A DNA stretch of 64,000 bases, from the NCBI RefSeq assembly GCF_018350175.1, contig NC_058368.1, forward strand, positions 182,716,001 to 182,780,000, given 5' to 3'. The notes beneath the pieces are model-generated. The model was not told where the DNA came from and made no database searches. It saw only the letters and a program-made list of their open reading frames with translations. This stretch comes from Felis catus (lineage: Eukaryota). Shown in pieces: positions 24,561-38,800 of the stretch. Position numbers and translations under genes: made by a program. The stretch's first letter is position 1; the number at the start of each line of letters is the position of its first letter.

Positions 24561-27500
24561 AAAAGTTTGTCAACAGTAGTAGTAGTATGATAATGATCAA
24601 AATCAGAAGGGTTTTGAGAAAACAGACACTGAATATAATCACTAGTTAAGAAATCAACTCCCCACTCCTTTTACAGACAGTAACTGTGACTTTTCTCTTC
24701 TGCTACTATGACACCGCTCTACTTAGTAGGTTACCCTGAATAAACACTGATGTCATTTTGCCCTCAAGTAGCAAAGACTCCCAAAGTAGAGTTTGGGAAG
24801 TCAGAGGAAAGAGATCGAAAGGAGGTTTACAATTCACAATTCAGAATCTTGTTTTTCCTCGGAATAACTTTAATTATAATCTCTTCTGGCTTCTACTCAA
24901 CAGAGAAATTGGAGAGAAAAAGAGGAATGGGCATATTATTTAGTGAATCCCATTTGCCACTGCATTCATAGATCACCATATGTTCATCATATATGTAAAG
25001 CCTATTTTAAGCTCATTTTTGCACATGTGCCCCCAAATTATTTCCACCTTATATATCTTTATGACGACCCCAGAAATTTAGTTTTTAACAAACCCTTTTG
25101 AGAGTAGAGCTTGTAACCTTTTACTATTCTAAGTCTAGTTTGCTTATTTTGTTTTATTTTTTTTACAATTCTTATTAATGGCTTTTGAAATATTATTTTC
25201 AAGCAACCTGGACTGGTTTTCCATGATTACTATTTTTATATGTCATGGTGAACACATATGTAAGAATCTGCAAATAATTAATAGTTTGAAAAAAAATGCA
25301 AGTAACATTCAAGAGAAATTCGAAACATTAACTGGCACTGTGACCTAAGAGTTGGCTATTTTTCAACACTATGAAATGTGGGTAAGAAAGAGCCTTGATG
25401 TGAAATCTCATCTGTCACAAAACCAAACTTAAATTTGAATTTTCCTTCATTTTCATTCATTTCAAGAACATACATATACCTCTCAAACTAATTTATCTCA
25501 TGTCTTCTTCAAATATGGAGAAAAGAAAAAAAACAAAACAAAACAAACTGTGTGCTGTAGTTAGAATACATTGTTTATATTCTAGACATCTGTCACATAG
25601 ATTCATCTATGTCTTGAGCTCCAAACAATAGTTACATTGTTTTAAATCCTACTTTATTTTTAAAATATGGATTTGTCCTTTCCAGGAATTCTGGAATCAT
25701 TAAGGCATTTAACAGTCCAGTATTTAAATTATCTCCACGAAAATTGACTCAAATTCTATTTAAAAGGAAAGAGAAAATCAACAATTTTTTTAATTATTGC
25801 TAAAATTATTGAATTTTCCCCTAATAATATATGCAGGTTTAATTTAAATCTCATAAACATGAAGGTCACTAAGTCAGGCACCCCAAATGGAAGCCCAGAT
25901 CATGTTCATTTCAGTAGGTCACAAAATCTCATTTTGGTAGACACGCATCATCTGTGATAATGCCTTGATTAAAGTGACCCTAAAGGGGCAAATGTGCATT
26001 TGGGCTTTGGAAATGAGCTTATCATTACTTCTGAAGAAGTGAAGCAATCAAGAGTTTTATCACTTCTTCTCCCTCCCACGGATCTTTAGAGGGAACGTTG
26101 TGGATAGTGGATATTTATATTAAAACAGAAAAGACAGAAAATAAAGACCACCAAAAAAAAAAAAGAAATACATTCTAGCTAACTTTTACTCTATCTAAAT
26201 AGAAAGCTATGAAGCTTAATGCTGTAAGACAGTGTTAGTATTTCAGTATTTCAAAACACTTATGTATAATTACGTCATTTAACCCTGCGAGAAGGAAGAA
26301 GTCAGGTAAAAGTATGGAGAAACCAAAACACAAACAAGATTTACTTATGTCCGATCACACAAGTTTCTCAGTTTCTAAGGATGACACGAGACCCTGTCAG
26401 TTCCAAATGATTTGTGCAGGATGTTAGGATCATGGGTTTCCTGTACTTGCTAACACCGTCCAGTGGCCTAATTAAGTACCAGTGGACTAGGAGGCATTCA
26501 CACACCTTTCGACAGTAACTGTTGGAACTACTAAGAGACACAAGAACATGAACGCCCACGTTTGCAAATTCTGCTTCACTGCAATGTTCATTTAATCAGG
26601 GCAATGACTATACACTTCAACAATGCCTGGCAGACACTGTTCACACCCAAGAAATACTTGCCAGTGCTTCAAGAAAAGCTCTTCTTTTCCACGATGCATG
26701 TACAGTCTAAAATCCCATGACCTCTGGCAGGATACACTATCCTTGATACCTGAGTTTCTTCATCCAGTAGATTTGAATGCAGCTATGTGACTTTCCAAGA
26801 CCACATGCAGAATATTACACGTTAAATCATAAAACGGAACTGAGATTAATTATGAATGAGAGTCGGTGAAGGACAATACCACAAGAAGCTGCAAACTGAG
26901 TGACATTTTAAACAGACTCCTTGATTCTAATGCTTTATGTAGAAAAGGTGGAAAGATATACTACTTCTAAGCCCTTAACACAGCAATGCTTAAATAAGCA
27001 GCTTTGAAAGACTAACAATAGATTTTAGCTCTACCCCAGCAACAGCATAACAATGTCACGCACACAAAAAGCTGAAGACCCCGTTGAAACATTTGCATCT
27101 TAGATATCTTCTAAAAAGCAATGTGAGCACAAAAGATGCCACTGTTGCTCCAACACACGAGCCTTTGATGTTCCCTCATCTTTACATCATAGAAGGAGCT
27201 CAAAGGGTTAATTAAAATTTAATGATATCGGCAGTACTTTGAAAAAGTTATGAACTTGGGCGAGATCAATCACTTTCTTGGACTGCCTGACTTCAAAGCC
27301 GACATTATGCAAAAGGAGAGAGGGGAAAACTGCTCCCATTCTGAACTGAATTCATAAGCAAGGATTTTCTCATTAGTGGTCTGTACATGGAGGAGATTCC
27401 AAGTTCAAACTAAAAAGAGGTAAGATGCCAAAAAGTGGTTAATCTGAATGTTAAGCCTTTGATGCTGATCGCGTTTATGTTTGAATGAACACGTTACCCG

Positions 27501-29289
27501 AAGCATCAGAACTGAAAGACCCCAAATCAGGAAATTTAGGATTAGGGGGGATAAACAGCTTTTTCTTTTCTTTGTTGCTGCTTTTGGAATCACAGTTCGT
27601 TTGGCTCAGTTTAGCAAAAGAAGAAAACAAAGAAAACCAACCTAATTAACTTGTTTATTCATTCTCAGTGACATTCTATAGAATGACATTTTCAATGACT
27701 AATTTAACTTCTGTCAAAATGTAAACTTTCAGCTGTCTCTTAGGTCTTTTCTTTACCTGTGTCATCCTTGCCGAAGTCCCCTAACCATACCTACACTCTC
27801 CCTCTGAATGAAGTCCATTTATTTACAAGTATAAAGGGTGATGTTTTTTCAACCAAAGGAAGGTATTTTTTTTTCCCCTCAGACACAGGGTTACACTTCA
27901 TTTGGGGTTATACAGTGAGGTGGGTATGGTCATTTTAGAAAGAGTTATAAAAATAGTAGAAATGCCTGTTTTGAAACAATTATGAATTCTCACTGAAAGC
28001 CAGGAAAAGTTCCCAGCCTGGCCCTGAAAAGACCAAATGCAATCAACTGCTGCTATCTGGTAACATCTTGTCTTAAACACGTGGGTACTGAACGTTTGTG
28101 GTGAAATAGGAAGGGGAAATTAGCGGCATCATATAGATTTGGAAGTGAGATTTAGATTGGATGCCCATTTATAAAAGATTGTGAGAAAATGAAAAATTGT
28201 TGTAAATATTCTCATCTGCCACAATGTTAATAGAGAAATTGAATCATAGTGCTTAATTTGGGAAAAGTTGAAAATATGCTGGATTGCCTCCAATACATCT
28301 TTCCGTCCAAATAGCTCTTTCAAGATAGAAGAATAGGATTTCCATAAGATCCTAAACTTAAATGGTCTGCCAGATTTTGTTGTAGAATCACAACCTGATT
28401 ATGAATTTGTTTGAAAGAAGGTCTGGGTACATGCTTGCTTGTATATTCTCAGGTAATTATCTTGCTTTTATAAATGTATTTAATCCGTTTGTAAACTGCA
28501 GAATCTCCCCTGGACTCTTACAGATCCAATAATTAAAAACAGCCTATTTGCGCCATTTTTACCTGATTGAGTAAAACAGAAATTAACATCATCATTCGGG
28601 ATTTCAACTCCCTTTTTATTCAAAATGTCAGTCCAAAGCAAGGAAGGAATAGCCTATGGTGACTCAACAGGTAGAGGTGGGGTGACCTATTCAAAGGCAC
28701 AGAGGGGTCCTGAAGGTAATAAGCATGAACAGAAGGTCAGGCACAGGACAGTTACAAGTATGAGAAGAGCTGTGAGGTCAGCTTAAGTCTTCCACATTCT
28801 TTCCATTTTAACCCACCATCGTCACCTAATGAAACAGCTGGTAGTGTGATTCAGCCAGAAGTCACTAGTTCAAAACTTCTGAACTACGTTAAATTTTTGT
28901 GAATTAAACATAATGATTGTGGGAGATGCCAACGTGGATGCTCTCCAAATTTTCAGAAACTTAATAAAACACTCCCTCTTCTCATATAATGTGCATGCAT
29001 GCCTATTCTCTGGTTTATCGGGAAGCAATAGCAAGTTTTCTTTTAAATATCCCTTCTTCATAATCTCAAAAAAAAAAAAATTAACCTAGCACCATACATT
29101 TTTGTTTCCTGTTTTTTGTCTTCCTTTTTTCTATTTTATTTTTTAAATAACAAAATGAAATAAATCACTGCATCCTTTCCTCTCGTCCCTTTTTTTCACA
29201 CATTGAAGAAAGCATGCTTGAATGATATTTACCTTATTCTTTCATTTCTTTCTGAACATTTTTTAACCTCTTACATAATATACAGGTAA

Positions 29290-29560
29290 ATGATAGACTA
29301 GGCAGAAGTTACTATGAAAAATAACACAGGGTAAAGAGAAGTTTGACATTTTCAGAGGTGGGTATACAGTTACAGTTTTTAATTGGATGAACATGGTAGA
29401 ACACACTGAGAAGGTGATATTTAAGTCAAGACCTGAAAACAGTGAAGAAGTGGATGAGGATTCAAGGAGAATAGTATCCCAGATGAAAAGAGCCATGCGA
29501 AGCCCTGAGGGAGACAATGGCTGTCATAAACAAAATGAAGGAGGTGGTGTGTGGTATGGG
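29290..29560 (-). mobile_element. L2 fragment
   Basis: 'cactgagaaggtgatatttaagtcaagacctgaa' reverse L2 motif. Confidence 0.7.
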
Positions 29561-31074
29561 AGTCAAGGAAAGGTTCTCTACAACATGACTATGGATCTGG
29601 ATCAAGTCTTATTTCAATGCACCTATAGCAGAGCTATTTGATAGAGTTCTATTAGCTTCCTTTATTCTTTCCCTGTCTTCTCACCCATGGAGTGTTCTCC
29701 CATTTCTCTACCTTAACCCTATTTTCTCTTTCTTTTATTTTCTTCTAACACGAACCTCAACTACAGTATCAGGATTAGGTATTTTTTCTAAGCCTCTTTT
29801 TATTATTTTTGCTTCTATAAAGAAAAGTATCAACATAGAACAATGTCTAAAAACAAACAAATAAATGTAGTAGGACATTTTGCTGATGATATAGAAGATA
29901 ACCAACAGCCTTCTCATCTTAACACACACTTTTGCAATCCTTGTGGTGCTGATAAATATTTATTACACATACATTGCCAAGCCATACTTCAACTCTCAGT
30001 TTGGGGTTCATTTCATAATCCTTCCTGTCGGTACTGCTTTTGTACTCAAAATTATGAAGTTGTCAAATGAGTGTGGCACCAAATTTCACTGGGGGACAGG
30101 GAAGAGGAGAGACTTTTTTATTTAATTATTCTTAAAACTTTTGGCTCATTTATATATTATAATTTCTTTCTTGGAATCACCTGCCTCCATCTTGACTCGG
30201 AGGGAAATAGACTGTAACAGTTTGACAAGTAGAGTACTTGAAAAATGATTTTACTTTACACTCAGAATAAATTAGCTGGGTGTTTTTGAAGCTACTTTGG
30301 TAATATCACTTCATACCACACATTTCATGAGAAAAAAAGACAATATATGTCAGTAATGACCAGTTATGATATTCTTCTAGTTCCACAGTATGGCATTTCT
30401 CCAGTTTGCATACAAGTCTCTCTCTGTAATTAAGAAAATACTATTTTGATTCTACTTTAAGTTTTGACATGAAGAAGAAAACTGTACTAAGCTCATTTCA
30501 CTGGGACTAATCAAAACAAGGCATTGGAGACTGGTATTTTCCATTTTACACAATTAATACTTAAAAACTATTTTTGGAACTTGGGGCTCAGTTTTCATTT
30601 CTGGCCTATACTGTCAAAGATATCCAACAAGGTGACCAGATTTAATAATACTGATGCAGATAAAGGAAGGAATAAATTTGGAGCTTGTAAATACCGATGG
30701 CCATAGTTTCCTGTAGATGATCATCAGTGGGAAAGTCCTATGATTGAAGCTTATAGCTTAGAAAACCAAACTGAGATGATGGGTATGTAATCAGAAAAAG
30801 GAAGAGATCAATCAAGGGAGACAGATAAGATTAGGTGCAAAAGTCATACAAAACAGGAGAAATAAAGGCTTTAAATTTAGCAGGCTCAATGAGCAAAGAA
30901 AAATTGGGGAGGAGGGGATAAAATAGAGCAAGGGAGACAGTAAAGAAGGAAGAAGAAAGAATTTAAAGTTATGGTAAAAAAAAAAAGGCAATGGAAAGCC
31001 AGACTAAGTCACTTTACCTGGTCACCCAAGATATATAAAGGGCACGTTTGTTACAGCACACTTACATTAAAACA

Positions 31075-31330
31075 AGTAGGTAGTGTGGCATAAAAGCATA
31101 CTCTGAATTTCAATGACCTGGATTGAAGCCCTGTTTACATTTGGCAGTAACTAATTTTCTTGGACTCATCCCTAACTCTGAAATCCTCAGTTTTCTCATC
31201 TGTAAAATATAATACAAGATCTTTAACCCACTGAGTTATTGTCAGAATTAATGAAATTATGTCCATAAAATATTTATTATAGTATCCAGAATAATACAAA
31301 AAATAATATAAAATATCACTTACTATTCTT
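31075..31330 (+). mobile_element. MIR
   Basis: 'cctcagttttctcatctgtaaaat...gagttattgtcagaattaatga'. Confidence 0.8.
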
Positions 31331-31819
31331 ATTTCAAGCTTAAAAAGTGTTTAATAAAGTTTATGCCACTTAATCCAATTCACTTTTTTCTGTAAACTAC
31401 CGTATTTCATATTTAACTTCACATGATATCATTTAAGCATCAACTCCATAATTAGCAAGCTTGTTTCTCCATGTCACCCCTAAGCATAATTAACTGTAGG
31501 TAAACTCTGAGGAAAATTTGGTCATTTCACTGAAATAAATGTCTCATCTCCAAATTTTGCTACCACTTTCATTCCAATGTATTCAAAGTTCTTAAACTAA
31601 GGATATAATATGGCAAAATCAATTCACACAATGCTACACCTTTATGAGGTATTTCCCCAGAGAAGACCCTATTAAATGAATGTCAGACTTATAGCCACCA
31701 GAATTTGTGTAGTATGGGATATGGAAAAGCGAGAGTTTCCTTTACTCATTGGGATCCTTTCTACATCACTAAGTTAGAGCTATAAGACATTTACCTAGTT
31801 AGCAACTTCTCTCTTCTCT

Positions 31820-32630
31820 GGTCTCCTCTCACCAGTTCAGGTACCACCATCCCTCAGAGGGAACTCCTATAACTTGACCCTATCAAGTCTCCACATCTTT
31901 TAGACTCTCCTTCCTAGCATTCCTGACAATTTTTTCCAAATAGGTATGGACAACACAACTGGTCTGAAGAAAACCTGCTATTATCATTGCAATAAACATT
32001 AATTTTCTAGAATGGGCTATAGGGCTTTACCTACAACCTCAGTTTCCTTCATTCTCTGTACATTCTCTCCTCATACCCTAATCGCACTGTCTTTCTTACA
32101 GTCTATCAAAGGCACCTAGCCTTTTCCTGCCCCTGAACCTAACCAGAGGCTTCTATTCTCCATCTTCTTGTCCAATGGGACTTACGCTACTTTTCTCCCC
32201 ATATTCTGCCACTTTTTCAAGGTAACCCTTGCTCATTCTTCAGATCTCAATGCAGTGCCATCTCAGTAGATCTTTCCTCATCATTCCACTTCTGTTGTTT
32301 CTATTAATTCAAATGCCCTCCTTATCACTTTCCCAGAACTTTGTATCTTCTTTTCATAGCAGTAAAATATCAAATATATCCTGTCATAAATATCCTGTAA
32401 TCTTCCTCAGGACTTTTCTATAAATATCCTATTTAAATGATACCTGCCATTTTACACACACACACACACACACACACCCACACACACACACACCCTTTGT
32501 TATTGTTATTTAATATCTGTCTCCCTATTATAATTTAAAACTGGGACTTTGTGTTATCTTACCATTATATCCATAGCACCTACTGCAGAGATGAGTAGCA
32601 TAAATGTTTTACGTACCAATAAATAAACGT
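31820..32630 (+). mobile_element. L2 3' region
   Basis: 'ctcattcttcagatctcaatgcagtgccatctc' and 3' end 'tatctgtctccc...atccatagcacctactgcagag...taaatgttt'. Confidence 0.75.
32454..32493. repeat. (CA)n microsatellite, interrupted
   Basis: Direct reading. Confidence 0.95.
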
Positions 32631-32826
32631 AAGTTCCTGGAAGCATATTTGGCTCATTGACTTATGTGACTTTCTGCCAACCAGGAGAAGTAGATACTGT
32701 GTTGCTATGTTCCTATTCACAACTGATGAAATCAGCTCCATGAGATTAAACATGTTGCCATAATCACACACCTAGTAGATAACCGATAAGATCAAAACGT
32801 AGCTTGAATTTAAAAACGCAAGGCTT

Positions 32827-33049
32827 GGGGCGCCTGGGTGGCGCAGTCGGTTAAGCGTCCGACTTCAGCCAGGTCACGATCTCGCGGTCCGTGAGTTCGA
32901 GCCCCGCATCAGGCTCTGGGCTGATGACTCAGAGCCTGGAGCCTGTTTCCGATTCTGTGTCTCCCTCTCTCTCTGCCCCTCCCCCGTTCATGCTCTGTCT
33001 CTCTCTGTCCCAAAAAAATAAACAAACGTTAAAAAAAAATTAAAAAAAA
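32827..33049 (+). mobile_element. Young full-length SINEC_Fc-type SINE
   Basis: CpG-intact; perfect 16-bp TSD taaaaacgcaaggctt at 32811-32826 and 33050-33065. Confidence 0.98.
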
Positions 33050-34722
33050 TAAAAACGCAAGGCTTTATTCTCAAGTTCAGTTTCAACCTCAGTTTCTTGA
33101 CTTTTGATCCCACAAGTGCCCAAGTGAACTTACTTCCTATTACTTGCTGGACCTGGTCTCGTTGTTTTGTCGGCTATATTTCATTAACCTTAGACACCAT
33201 TTAATTCATTTTTGAGTCAAAGAAAATAGGACTCCTACATTCTTGTACAATTATCCACTAATGAACTATACATTATGTGTTTCTCTCTTACCCTACCTAC
33301 AAATGTTATGAGTGTTGATACTGTCAAAACCCAAACATAATATCAGATAGAGATGCCAGCATCCTTAGATTCCATCTTCGTTGCATTATTTATCTCCAGT
33401 TGATATTAGTGCTATGTGACAGATTAGTTTCAATAAATACATCTTCTCTCTGCTCAAGTGAATGTAGTAATAAGATGTTTTGTTCATACAAATTGTACAC
33501 GTGAAGGTAGTTTGAAATAACACCAGGGGAAGGGAGAGAAGGGAATTAAATGCTTTCGTTTCCTTGTTGTTTTTCCTTTGATATATATGCATCCATGGGT
33601 CTTTCCACTGGCAACTAAAATAGCCCAGATAATTGACTGTCTGAAATGTGGGAACTGTAATATGTTGTTTCTTGACCCCTTTTCTTCACCAACAGCATCA
33701 TGTACCTCCCATAGGCATAGCAAAGCCTGGGCACTACATCCTCTTTTACCTATGTGACGGAAAACACAGCTTCCTATATGCATAACTGAGGCAAAAACGG
33801 CTTATTTTTAGATATCAAAATGACTTTAAACGCTGATCCTTTGATGTCCTTAAGGGATACTACCAAGAAATGCCGAATATTAAGAACAAGTCATGAATAT
33901 GTATGTCCAGATTATATATAAATGATATATAATCACTTGTTAACCTTTATATTCCTTTTAGAATAGGTGTTAAATGAATAAGGCTGGGAGGAATAAGCTG
34001 TCTTTTGCCCTTTCCCTTCCCCAGCAGTTATATAGTTCCACATGCCCCACACCATTTTAAAAATATGGTTTTAATATTATTTTCAGAATGGGTTTTACAG
34101 TTTAGTATTAGCTCACATAATATCCAAACACATTCTATGTGCATGTTTTCATTGTGAGTGTTCAATTATTGTTGTTAGATCAGAAGTCATAGAAAGGAAT
34201 AAAATCCTACTCTGCCATGTTTATCACATTTGACACTTGAGGAATAGGGGTGGATGCAAGACCATCCTAATCCATTTTCAAAGTATAGAAAATAGCATCC
34301 ATAGATATTTCTATATGGTCAGAATATTTGAGAGCCAAGTCACAAAGGATGTAATTATTCTGGCTTAAGGGAAGGGGACAGAGCCCTGCCCCCTCAGGAA
34401 CTTGGTTTCTGTGGGACCACTGAGAAAAATCTTGGGAGCTCAGCTAGAAATTTAACAATCCCTTCCAACCTCCCTGGGTTAAACTGAAAAAACAAAGGTC
34501 CAATGTATCATTACAACTTGCCACAGGGAATGAGGCCCTAGTAGTGAAACTAAACTATAGAAAGCAGTTTGTTCTTTCACTGTCTCCTCAGGGCTCTGGG
34601 GCACTGACCTCCCACTCATCAAATAGGTTAACTTATTTTCTTAAATACTCATAGATTTGAGTTTGCGACACCCACCTTGATGCAAGTATTTTGATGCTGC
34701 TTTTAAGAGGACATAAAGTGTT

Positions 34723-34905
34723 GGGGTGCTCAGTCTGTTGAACATCCAACTTCAGATCAGGTCATGATCTTGCTGTTCGAGAGTTTGGCCCTATTTTGGG
34801 ATCGCTTCTATCAGCATGAAGCTGGCTTTGGATCCTCTGTCCCCTCCTTCTCTCTGCCCCTCCCCCAGTCACACTCTCCCTTCCAAAAATGAGTAAACAT
34901 AAAAA
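34723..34905 (+). mobile_element. Older Can-SINE
   Basis: Diverged body; TSD aagaggacataaagtgtt (34705-34722) / aagaagacataaaatgtc (34906-34923). Confidence 0.92.
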
Positions 34906-37259
34906 AAGAAGACATAAAATGTCAAAAAAGATGAAAACATACATTAAAAGATCATTGGGACATTAACTGAATAACTATTTATTTCTGTTATATGTTCCAC
35001 GTTGTGTCAGAAACACAGGACTAAATCATGACCCCCAAAAAAAAAAAACCAGTATCTCTGCCCTTACAGAACTTAAAAGAGTCTAGGGAAGGACGCTAGT
35101 ATTAAGTAAACATCAAAATAAATGCAAAATGGCAACTGTGACGAGAATGAGAGTTGAGTGGCACATGGCAGTAGAAATACCTAAGCAGGGTCTTCTCTCG
35201 AGCACCAGGGAGAGTGTTAGGGATATTGTGGACTGAAGTAAACAGTTTATGAAAACAAATTTTGTTGACGTGATGCAAAACAATTGAAAAACAGTTAATT
35301 GCCTTGTTTCATTTAAAAATGATTTCATAGTTTTACATAAGTCTAAATTGAGGCTTTTGCTTTAGCTTTATGGCAAAATACACCATAAGCATAATAGCTC
35401 AATATTCATAATGGTATGCTCTTACAAAATAAAGAACCATCTATTTCCATGATCTCACCAAAGATAGCTATACAAATACTGTATTTCCATGAACGTTCTA
35501 CATTCTAATGTATGATGTATGACCTATCCCAGGCATGCAAATGCTTTCTTTTTATTAGCAGTAAACTCTTTTTATTATATTGAAGGAGAATATCTTCAAT
35601 AAAAACTAAACAAAAAGAATAAAACTAGTTTCTTTTGAATAAATGGCCTTGAGATAAAATTCTTTCTGCAACAGGTAATATATATGTCCAATGTTATCAT
35701 TTCAGTTGCTGATAATTACACTTCACTAACAAATCATAGAAATAAACAACACATATATTTCTTCCTGACAGAGAGAAAGAGACAGGGTATGCGAAAAAGA
35801 CTGAACATGTGTATTAGGAAGCCTGGATATATTGGCAGGAAAGGTACTCCATCATGGAAATGATTCTATTGCTTGAAATAATAAAGTGGATATTTCAATA
35901 AATAAAGATATGCTTTTTAACAAATCAAAATAAGATGAACTATTTGACTTAAAATACTTTATTTTTTGAAGAGTGAAATGTGACACAATGGTTCTGTGTA
36001 TTAATCATTATTAAGCAATATGGTATTTGGAAGTGGCTGTACTTGGTAAACTCTTCTAAGATTCTTAAGAGGATGAAGAAAGTCAACACAGCAGAGGATG
36101 GGTAATTGGTATGAAACATGTCAAAATATCTATAGATTCCGTGTTTTAATTTAAAAGTGTATTTTAACCTTCAAATTTGTACAAAATACAAAAATCCTTG
36201 ATTTCTTATATATACTGTTAACAGACTTTCTCTTCTTCCTAATTTCACCCTAGAGAAGAATTCTAACTTCTATACACAACGAGGAAGTATCCTTTGAACT
36301 GAGAAGGAACTAAAAATAGGTTGCCAGTTACCTTCAAATTTCAGCTTATATAGACTGTCTCTATAAGAAATAGAATATGCACCTTTTTAGAAATGCTTAA
36401 AACTTCGGGTAGAGGAGAAGGCAAATGTTAGAAAACCTTGTTTTAAAGTAAATGAGAAGTAAGCCTTAAATTGAAACTCTTCATAATCTTTCCTTTTACT
36501 GGAAGGTCTTTGGTGTTGGCATTAGTCAGGCTTCGCTTAAATATGTCTTTATATTTGTCTACTCTGTTTCCACTGCACACATTATTTGTTCTTTAAGGTA
36601 ATCACTTTTCACTGTTGTCTCAAATATAATTTTCTTTTAAATAATAAATAAAAAGACAAATTTCAAGTCAGGATATTAAAATGATGACTCTACTGTGTTC
36701 AGAGTCTGATTGTCCTGCTTATATGTATGAAGCCATATTCAAGGCTCTAGTTGGTCTGTGTTGATGTCACTTCCTGGGAGTAAGTTATCTGTACAGACCT
36801 CTCCATAGTTCTCTAAGAAACTACCAATATTAATGCATCTTCCTCTGTGTCTCACATTACTGGGAAAAGATGTTTGCATTGCAGAGATCCTCACTGTGGA
36901 ATAATATAAAACACTGCATGCCTATTGAGATACAAAGACACAGTGGCCAAGAGACTCACAGTTGGTCATCTGAATTCTATTTTCATTTTTTGATTCTGGC
37001 TATAAAAAAGTTAAAATAAGCAGAGCATTGCCTGCTGCATCTATACGCCCTACCTGTTCATAGGCTAAGCTGTCTAGAAGTTTGAACTGTCTTTGCCACC
37101 CTGTTTCTTATTTCTATCAGTCCTAAGTCAGGAAAGGTAGATCTCACCCAGAGAGTTTCTCTACCTGGTTTGCAAACGCTGGGGAGGTAGTATGTAGTAT
37201 GGAGTGTGTTTATGATTTTTTTTTGCATTAAATAAAACTGATTCAACTACTTCATGGCT

Positions 37260-37500
37260 TTGGGTATTAGCAGGGGCTAAATGATAGGTTGCTGCAATGA
37301 GATTAAAAAATTCAGTGTTCCAAGAGAGATAATGGTTTATTTATATTTCATGTAGGAGACAATGCTCCACAAAGTCATTTATGGCTACAGTCACGCGCAA
37401 TAGCTTTGACATGATCCTCCATACACAGCTTCCCTAGTTCCTTCAGACCTCAGTCTTTCCAATAAGCAAGAAAGAAGGTGGAAAGTGAGGATGTGACACT
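37260..37500 (-). mobile_element. Old MLT1-like LTR fragment
   Basis: 'gttgctgcaa...ttcagtg...ggtttatttatatttcatgta...tgctccacaaagtcattt' resembles old MLT1. Confidence 0.45.
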
Positions 37501-37639
37501 TTAAATAAATAAAGAAAGAAAATAAATAAATAAATATTTATACTTATAGTTAATTATTAATATTCAAATTATTTTTATTTTTCATAATAATATTCAGTTA
37601 TTAAATGATTTACAAAATACATCCTGAATTCATAGTTTT

Positions 37640-38140
37640 GTCAGCAGTGATCAGGCCCTGGTCATAGAAAAAGGTTTGGGCTTCGTTAATACAAGCAAGA
37701 TTAAGCTGGTTCCCGAATGAGAGTGCAATGTTATTGACACTGTTGAGGATGGTGATTGCCTCTGTGATGGGGGTTCTCATCTCCTCTTGTTTTCTATGGT
37801 CACCTGTGGTATGATTCCTGTCTTACGTCAGGTTTCCAGAGAAAGTCTCAGCGGCAGAGACAGGAGCCGGAAGAGCCCCGGGAACTGCCCATGGGATATA
37901 CCCCTACTGGGGAGTGAAGGTAGTAAGATTAGATGGAAAGCTGAACATAGGAGCTGTAGCAAATTCCACGGGAAACCTTTGATCCGGTGTGGTTTTTAAC
38001 AGTTAATTTAAAATGAGACAAAAGGAATAGGCTTTTGTAATTCATTTACACCAATCAGCTACTGGATACAGGATTCTTCCTGAAGGGAAGTATGCCTGGG
38101 TGAGTAAGTTCCTTTTTGCCCACGGCAAATTTGGGAGAGG
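37640..38140 (-). mobile_element. ERVL-class LTR (LTR16/33-like) with adjacent internal fragment
   Basis: 'tgtcttacgtcaggtttccagaga' at 37819 resembles a reverse LTR 3' terminus; GC-richer flank. Confidence 0.45.
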
Positions 38141-38255
38141 GAATCATTGTACTAAGGACTCTACATTCACTAATCTCACTATCCTCACAAAAACACCTTA
38201 CAAGAAATTAATTTTATCACATCTGAAATCTCTGTATGGGCTCAGCTAGGGTTGG

Positions 38256-38256
<1 letters not shown>

Positions 38257-38295
<39 letters not shown>
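38257..38295. repeat. (CA)n microsatellite, about 19 units
   Basis: Direct reading. Confidence 0.97.
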
Positions 38296-38297
<2 letters not shown>

Positions 38298-38319
38298 AAA
38301 AGGTGAAAATGGATAGGCA

Positions 38320-38800
38320 GCCATTTTGACACTCCAGAGTTCTGTGTGGGGTAGTAGCTTTTTAGCCCATGTACTTTGTCACTGATCAGCTGGCAAATCC
38401 AGCTGAGGCAGGTCAGTATCCACATATGAGCAGCTAGTCCATGTCCTGCCAATCTCTTTCAGCTTCTCTGAATCCTCAGTCAGGTGTGTGCAGTGATATG
38501 CTGACAGGCACCAATTTATCCAGCAAGTCAACCACATCATCAAGGCTGGGGCTGGTGTGAGATCAACGTGGGTATCAACTGACCGTGTATATTCCAGTTT
38601 GCTCACACGGGTCCCAGTTCGTCCTCATTCTCACTTATTTCATCTCAATTTTCAATCCTGATTGCCCGTCCAGCTGATTTCAGATCCCATACTGGAGGTA
38701 ATATTCTTATACATACTACTCTCATAACTATAAGATCTAATTCCTATTAATTAGTTATTCTCTGAGATGTCTGCTTCACTAATCAAACTGTCACTTGAAA
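38320..38800 (+). mobile_element. Old ERVL-class LTR
   Basis: 3' end 'tctaattcctattaa...tctgcttcactaatcaaactgtcact' resembles ERVL LTR termini. Confidence 0.5.

Noticed and set aside
28387..28453. AG...GTAATT-bounded candidate exon (about 67 nt)
   Set aside because: Splice-like signals are common by chance; peptide unrecognised; no partner exons.
32827..32905. tRNA-like A/B boxes
   Set aside because: tRNA-derived head of a Can-SINE, not a tRNA gene.
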